64,000 nt of DNA from Waterburya sp. GTDB taxonomy: Bacteria; Cyanobacteriota; Cyanobacteriia; Cyanobacteriales; Xenococcaceae. Location: assembly GCA_965217895.1 (NCBI GenBank), contig CBDCJV010000002.1, positions 3,072,001-3,136,000 on the forward strand, read 5' to 3'. Position numbers and translations under genes: made by a program. The notes under the pieces were generated by a model, which was not told the origin of the DNA, did no database searches, and saw nothing but the letters and a program-made list of their open reading frames with translations. Positions 59,227 through 64,000 of this stretch are shown in pieces. Each line of letters starts with the position of its first letter. The stretch's first letter is position 1.

Positions 59227-60589
59227 TGATGAGCTGGCTTTCCATAGTCTGTCGTTTTGCGATTACAATGGCAGGCTTTTTAAATGGCAGGGAAACTTAT
59301 ATCGCGCTATTCCCACAGAACAGACTCCACTCTATCAAGATCTGTTTGAACGAGGTATCGTTGAGGACTTAGTAGCCAAAAAGTTATTAGTCGAAACTCA
59401 GCTTACTTCCCTAACGGTAGAGAACTATGACCTAATACTCGAACATCGGCGAATTGGGTTTGTATCTTATCCCAGAGAATGGTGTGACGAAATGCTCAAA
59501 GATGCTGCCTTATTACATCTCGATCTTTGTTTGGAACTCGATCGCCATAACCTTACTACTGCTGATGCTCATCCTCTGAATATTCTGTTTGATGGCTGCC
59601 AGCCAGTTTTTATTGACTTTGGTTCGATTGATTGCTTTAATATCGCTGATTCCTATTGGCTGTGGTCTCCTTACGAACAGTTTTGCAGTTGTTTTCTCAA
59701 TCCTTTGCGACTGATGGCTCAAGGTCAAGGAAGAATTGCCAGATGGTTATTGCACGATTACGAACGGGGTGTAACTTCTTCTGATGTCGAGGCTTTAAAT
59801 CCTCAACCGCGATCGCTTTTAACAAAAGTGAGAGAGAAGATTAACAGGTTCAAAACTAATATTCGCGATCGCACTAGATCTCTTTTATTTCCTTCAGTCA
59901 AACCCCTGACCTATCGGGATTTTTTAGAGCAAATTCATCAAGAAGTTGGCAGTATAAACTTACCCTCGATAACCGAATCTGAAGATCTAGTAAACTGGCA
60001 AAATCCCGAACCTTCTGGCTCACTCGATGCCAAACTTCTGACTGTTGACTCTCTTTTATCGACTATTCAACCTGATTCTGTACTAGAAATTGGCAATAAC
60101 TACAGCCAGGGTTCTTATAGTCAATTAGCTGCCGAAAAGTCTATCCCAGCAGTCTTTTTAACTGCTAAAGAAGGCTATGTTAAGCAGCTTTATCTCTACG
60201 GCAGAGAAAAACAGCTATCAATTCTGCCCTTAATCATGGATTTTGCCTCCCCCAGTTGCGATCTGGCTAACGCTTGGTTTGCGCCTGCTAGGGATCGCCT
60301 TAGCTGCGATCTGGTGTTGGCGATAGATTTAATTGACTGGTTAGTCTTTAAAAGATATCTTCCTTTTGACGCAATCATCGAACGGCTATCGACCTTTAGC
60401 AAACGCTGGCTTTTGATTGAGTTTACGATTAGGCAACCTCCTTATAGGGCTTCTTGGTCATCGGACGTGGCATCGAGGTTTTCTTGGTACGAGCTAGATA
60501 ATTTTGTCGATCTGTTGAATCAAAAGTTCTCTAAAGTCGAGGCTTTAAAACGCTTCCCCCATAGCGTATTGTTTTTATGTACAAAATGA
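59204..60589 (+). CDS. NoeA-like protein: kinase-like N domain + SAM-methyltransferase-like C domain
   Basis: DAHPLN...IDFGS; C-terminal VLEIGNN and WLLIEF; ATG 59204 preferred. Confidence 0.65.
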   Translation: MKQKQLPSDELAFHSLSFCDYNGRLFKWQGNLYRAIPTEQTPLYQDLFERGIVEDLVAKKLLVETQLTSLTVENYDLILEHRRIGFVSYPREWCDEMLKDAALLHLDLCLELDRHNLTTADAHPLNILFDGCQPVFIDFGSIDCFNIADSYWLWSPYEQFCSCFLNPLRLMAQGQGRIARWLLHDYERGVTSSDVEALNPQPRSLLTKVREKINRFKTNIRDRTRSLLFPSVKPLTYRDFLEQIHQEVGSINLPSITESEDLVNWQNPEPSGSLDAKLLTVDSLLSTIQPDSVLEIGNNYSQGSYSQLAAEKSIPAVFLTAKEGYVKQLYLYGREKQLSILPLIMDFASPSCDLANAWFAPARDRLSCDLVLAIDLIDWLVFKRYLPFDAIIERLSTFSKRWLLIEFTIRQPPYRASWSSDVASRFSWYELDNFVDLLNQKFSKVEALKRFPHSVLFLCTK

Positions 60590-60590
60590 A

Positions 60591-62006
60591 ATGATGAGCG
60601 TTAAGAAAATCCCCCTCACCGAAATAAATTTTCACCCTACTTCTTTTTGCGATCGCAATGGCAGGGTATTCTGGTGGCAGGGAGAACTATATCGGGGTAT
60701 TACTCCAGAACGAGTCGCTTTTTACCAAAATTTCTTTAGTAGCGGCATCGCCCACCAACTGATTGAGCAAAAACTTCTGGTGGCAACTGAGCTTACCGAG
60801 CTAACTTCTAGCAACTATCCTTTGATTTTAAAACACCAGCGGATTCCCTTCGTTTCCTATGTCAATGAGTGGTGTCCCGCAATGCTCAAAGATTCTGCTT
60901 GGTGCATCACAGAGCTAATGCTAGAGCTAACCAAAGAAGATTTAACCCTGTCAGATCTTTGCACTTTCGATCTGATGTTTGATGGCTGCCATCCCGTTTA
61001 TGTCGATTATGGTTCTTTAGAAGATGCCGACCAAAAAAGCGATCGCATTTGGCAAAGATATCATCATGACTTTCGTACCTATTTTATCGAGCCACTAAAA
61101 TTAATGTCTCAAGGTTACGGAAACCTGGCTCGCTGGATTGTGGCTGACTACGATCTAGACATCATTGAGGAATATCTTGCTTTAATGTCAAGTCGGCAAA
61201 CAAAAGGTTCTTTAAAACAGCAGATAAAAGGCAAAATCATCAGCGTAGGCAAAAACATTGCCCCTCGAATTCCTAAAGTTATTTATCCCCAGTTAAAATC
61301 ATGGGCAGATATGCTGCGCCTACCCAACGGTCAATTATCTGGGACTGATTTGGTACATCAGCTATGGCAAGAATTAGATAGTATTCCCCTCGACAATCCA
61401 GTAGAAGGGCAACAAGAAAACTATCCGTTGTTAAATCCTGCCTCAGATTGGACTCAAAAACAAATTGACGTACATAAAATATTATTAGATTTGCATCCCA
61501 ATACCGTTTTAGATCTTGGTAGTGGTGCAGGGTGGTATTCCTTCTTAGCAGCTAGTTTGGGTAGCAAAGTCGTAGCGGTAGACATTAATGAACAAAAAGT
61601 TACCCAGTGCTATCGAGAGGCTTCGAGACAGAATTTATCAGTTTTGCCTTTAGTTATGAATCTGCGAGATCCTTCCCCTGGTCGTGGGGTATGCAACAAA
61701 GTAGTTACCCCAGCCTTTGAACGTCTCAACTGCGAATTGGTTTTAGCTCTAGGTTTAGTTCACCAATTAGTTTTTGAACAATATATTAACCTCGAACAGA
61801 TTAGCGAAACTTTTGCTGCTTTTGCTCGACGTTGGCTGGTGGTTGAATTTTACACCAGGGAAACGCCTGAAATTAAACTATTGTCGGACTGGCATTCTGG
61901 GTATTCTTGGGAAATTTTTCAGCAGATACTAACCAAGCATTTTGACCAGGTTACAGTTATTTCTCCACCCTCTCAACCAAAAGTTTTAATGTTATGCGAA
62001 AAATAA
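60591..62006 (+). CDS. NoeA-like paralog with intact class I SAM-binding motif
   Basis: VLDLGSGAG, VAVD, WLVVEF; collinear with the upstream paralog. Confidence 0.75.
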   Translation: MMSVKKIPLTEINFHPTSFCDRNGRVFWWQGELYRGITPERVAFYQNFFSSGIAHQLIEQKLLVATELTELTSSNYPLILKHQRIPFVSYVNEWCPAMLKDSAWCITELMLELTKEDLTLSDLCTFDLMFDGCHPVYVDYGSLEDADQKSDRIWQRYHHDFRTYFIEPLKLMSQGYGNLARWIVADYDLDIIEEYLALMSSRQTKGSLKQQIKGKIISVGKNIAPRIPKVIYPQLKSWADMLRLPNGQLSGTDLVHQLWQELDSIPLDNPVEGQQENYPLLNPASDWTQKQIDVHKILLDLHPNTVLDLGSGAGWYSFLAASLGSKVVAVDINEQKVTQCYREASRQNLSVLPLVMNLRDPSPGRGVCNKVVTPAFERLNCELVLALGLVHQLVFEQYINLEQISETFAAFARRWLVVEFYTRETPEIKLLSDWHSGYSWEIFQQILTKHFDQVTVISPPSQPKVLMLCEK

Positions 62007-62053
62007 ACAACGGTTGACGAATATTAATTTTCTAGTTAAGTAAAGCAATTTAA

Positions 62054-62469
62054 ATGCACGATAAAATTTCAGCCTCGACGATCTCAGACAAAGACAAATT
62101 TTTTCAAAAAACAAAAAATCTCATTAAACGAGTGGGTAGTGTCCTGTTAACTATCAAAACTCGACAATGGCTGAGAAATCAGTGGCAATATAAACACAGT
62201 CCCCCTGTAGGTTGGGTGCGGTTTGGTAATTTGAGAAGATTGAGTCCAATCAATCCAGTGTGGCTCAATTACCGCGGTCTTCCTATCGACCGCTATTATA
62301 ATTGAAAATTTCCTTGATCGCTCTAGTAAAGACATTCAAGGACGGGTGTTAGAAGTAGGAGATGCTAGCTATACCCAAAGATTTGGTAGCGATCGCGTAA
62401 CCAAAAGCGATATACTCCACTCCCCAGTCGGGGAGATCGGTTCATCGGTTACGATTGTGGCAGATTTGA
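62054..62469 (+). pseudogene. SAM methyltransferase, frameshifted (near 62300) and truncated by IS6 remnant
   Basis: RGLPIDRYY then IENFL..GRVLEVGDASYT in another frame; homologous to the C domain of 29248-30864. Confidence 0.82.
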
Positions 62470-62724
62470 GATAGTGTTGCGAAAATAAAAAGTAAAGGTA
62501 AAAAGTCAAGATAAGCCCTGGATTAATCTTAAAATTTAGACAGCTATCCCAAAGATGAAATGAATAAATTTGATTTGACCTAAGACATCACCCCTCGCCA
62601 CATTTTTGATTTGACCTTTACGAATCATATTCATCGATTCATATCCTGAGATGGTTCGTTTGGCACTCCAAAATTCCCGAAAATGTTGGCGGGCGATCGC
62701 CCGAGCTTTGGTGTAGCGATGGTC
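62470..62724 (-). mobile_element. IS6-family 3' remnant of a related variant
   Basis: Minus strand DHRYTKARAIARQHFREFWSAKRTISGYESMNMIRKGQ...FGIAV*; IR GATAGTGTTGCGAAAA at 62470. Confidence 0.85.
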
Positions 62725-63229
62725 GGTAATGTTGCCAGAAATTGAAGAAGCAACATAGTAGTATATATTTACTGTCTAAAACTCAACATTAATGAATTCA
62801 AAATCCCCCTTCAAATGGCGACATTTTCTACTGTAGTAAGAGTGATTAATACAGACAAGGCGAAAGCTTATCCCAAAGCAATCGAAGAGCTAAAAGAATC
62901 TGACTTATTACCTGAATCGGTTGAACATCGAGCAGTTAAATACCTGAATAATTTAATTGAACAAGATCATAGATATACGAAACTGCGGGTTATAACCAGT
63001 CAAAACTTTAGGAATTTTTGGACTGCTGGTCGTACCATCGCAGGATATGAATCGATGAACATGATTCGTAAAGGACAAATCAAAAATGTAAGACGAGATG
63101 AATTTTTAGGTCAGATTAGGTTTATTCATTCTCTATTTGGGATAGCTGTGTAAATTTGAGAGAAAATCAAATTAATTTAAAGTTTACCTTTATTTTTATT
63201 CTTTTGTTTTTTCTTTTCGCAACACTGCC
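62725..63229 (+). mobile_element. 505-bp internally deleted IS6-family element, copy C
   Basis: Appears identical to copy A. Confidence 0.88.
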
Positions 63230-63285
63230 GAAAAAACAGAATTAGCTTTTTAGTTTACATCAAGATTTCATGCTCTTATTCTGTA

Positions 63286-63612
63286 TCAGGCGGACTTATT
63301 CAACTGTTTGGTAAATTCTTCACGACTATCTAAAATAGAAAAGTATTTATCCATGCTAGTTAATTCAAACAAAATCTTAATTTGTTCATTAATTGAGCAT
63401 ATAAAAAGACTGACATCAGCAGCTTGTAAAGTCTTCAAAGCTTTAACCAAAGCTCCTAAACCGGAACTATCCATAAACGTAACTTCCTTAAAGTCAACTA
63501 AAATAGTGTGTACACCACTTTCTACACTTTGGTCAATTTGGTGTTGAAAATCTGCTGCTTTGGTGCCGTCTAAAATACCTATAGGTTCAATTATTTGAAC
63601 AATAGAATTCAT
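63286..63612 (-). CDS. STAS-domain anti-sigma factor antagonist
   Basis: VDFKEVTFMDSSGLGAL motif. Confidence 0.92.
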   Translation of the reverse strand: MNSIVQIIEPIGILDGTKAADFQHQIDQSVESGVHTILVDFKEVTFMDSSGLGALVKALKTLQAADVSLFICSINEQIKILFELTSMDKYFSILDSREEFTKQLNKSA

Positions 63613-63863
63613 ATATTAAAAAGTAATTTAATCTTGTCAAGACAAAAGTAAGTATAACAAAATAATCGACCAATATTATAACGAAATATACCTAATTAAA
63701 TTATTAACAGATAAAAATTAAATATACAATACGTCGAATGATTTATTTCAATTCAAGCTTTTCTTCGTTAATATCTGAAGATTGATTGTACAGATCATTC
63801 CTTGTTACCTTGATAATAAGTAATTAGGAGATAATTTAGCCAAAAAAAGGAACTATAAATTTA

Positions 63864-64000
63864 ATGGAAGCGTATGATGCGATCGTCATTGGTGCTGGTC
63901 ATAATGGATTAGTATGTGCTGCATACCTACTAAATGCTGGTTACAGTGTCCTATTATTAGAAAAGCGTCCTGTACCTGGAGGAGCAGCAACTACCGAAGA
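63864..64000 (+). CDS. FAD-dependent oxidoreductase, phytoene desaturase/CrtO-like, 3'-partial
   Basis: MEAYDAIVIGAGHNGLVCAAYLLNAGYSVLLLEKRPVPGGAATTE. Confidence 0.75.
   Translation, partial: MEAYDAIVIGAGHNGLVCAAYLLNAGYSVLLLEKRPVPGGAATTE

Noticed and set aside
4102..63547. Many short antisense or overlapping ORFs in the track (e.g. 12265, 18151, 25547, 27733, 40033, 63308)
   Set aside because: Shadows of well-supported genes; no independent motifs
1..64000. Abundant GCGATCGC as a novel repeat
   Set aside because: This is the well-known cyanobacterial HIP1 octamer

Overview
AT-rich cyanobacterial chromosome window; the HIP1 octamer GCGATCGC is abundant. Positions 1-20 kb hold mostly core genes (speA, M48 peptidase, ftrC, rhomboid, argD, K+ channel, OmpR-type regulator, ccsB, class I nrdA with tandem NrdR boxes). 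They are interspersed with small structured repeats that nest inside each other and inside MITEs, and that sit in frame inside genes, most strikingly a 120-bp/40-aa insert in nrdA. Positions 20-32 kb are a decayed, IS-rich zone: an ISKra4 remnant truncating an RND gene, hicAB bracketed by a duplicated gene 3' end, an IS5/ISL2-type element, and a glycosyltransferase block flanked by 131-bp inverted repeats and by two direct copies of a 505-bp internally deleted IS6 derivative (third copy at 62.7 kb). Positions 32-62.5 kb are a large surface-polysaccharide locus with two divergent arms. The Wzx/Wzy/Wzc arm has a Wzc that lacks its kinase motifs. The ABC (Wzm/Wzt) arm has a sulfotransferase and two tandem kinase-like+methyltransferase paralogs with complementary motif loss. 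No rRNA, tRNA or CRISPR array was seen. All calls come from motif recognition by eye; no searches were run.
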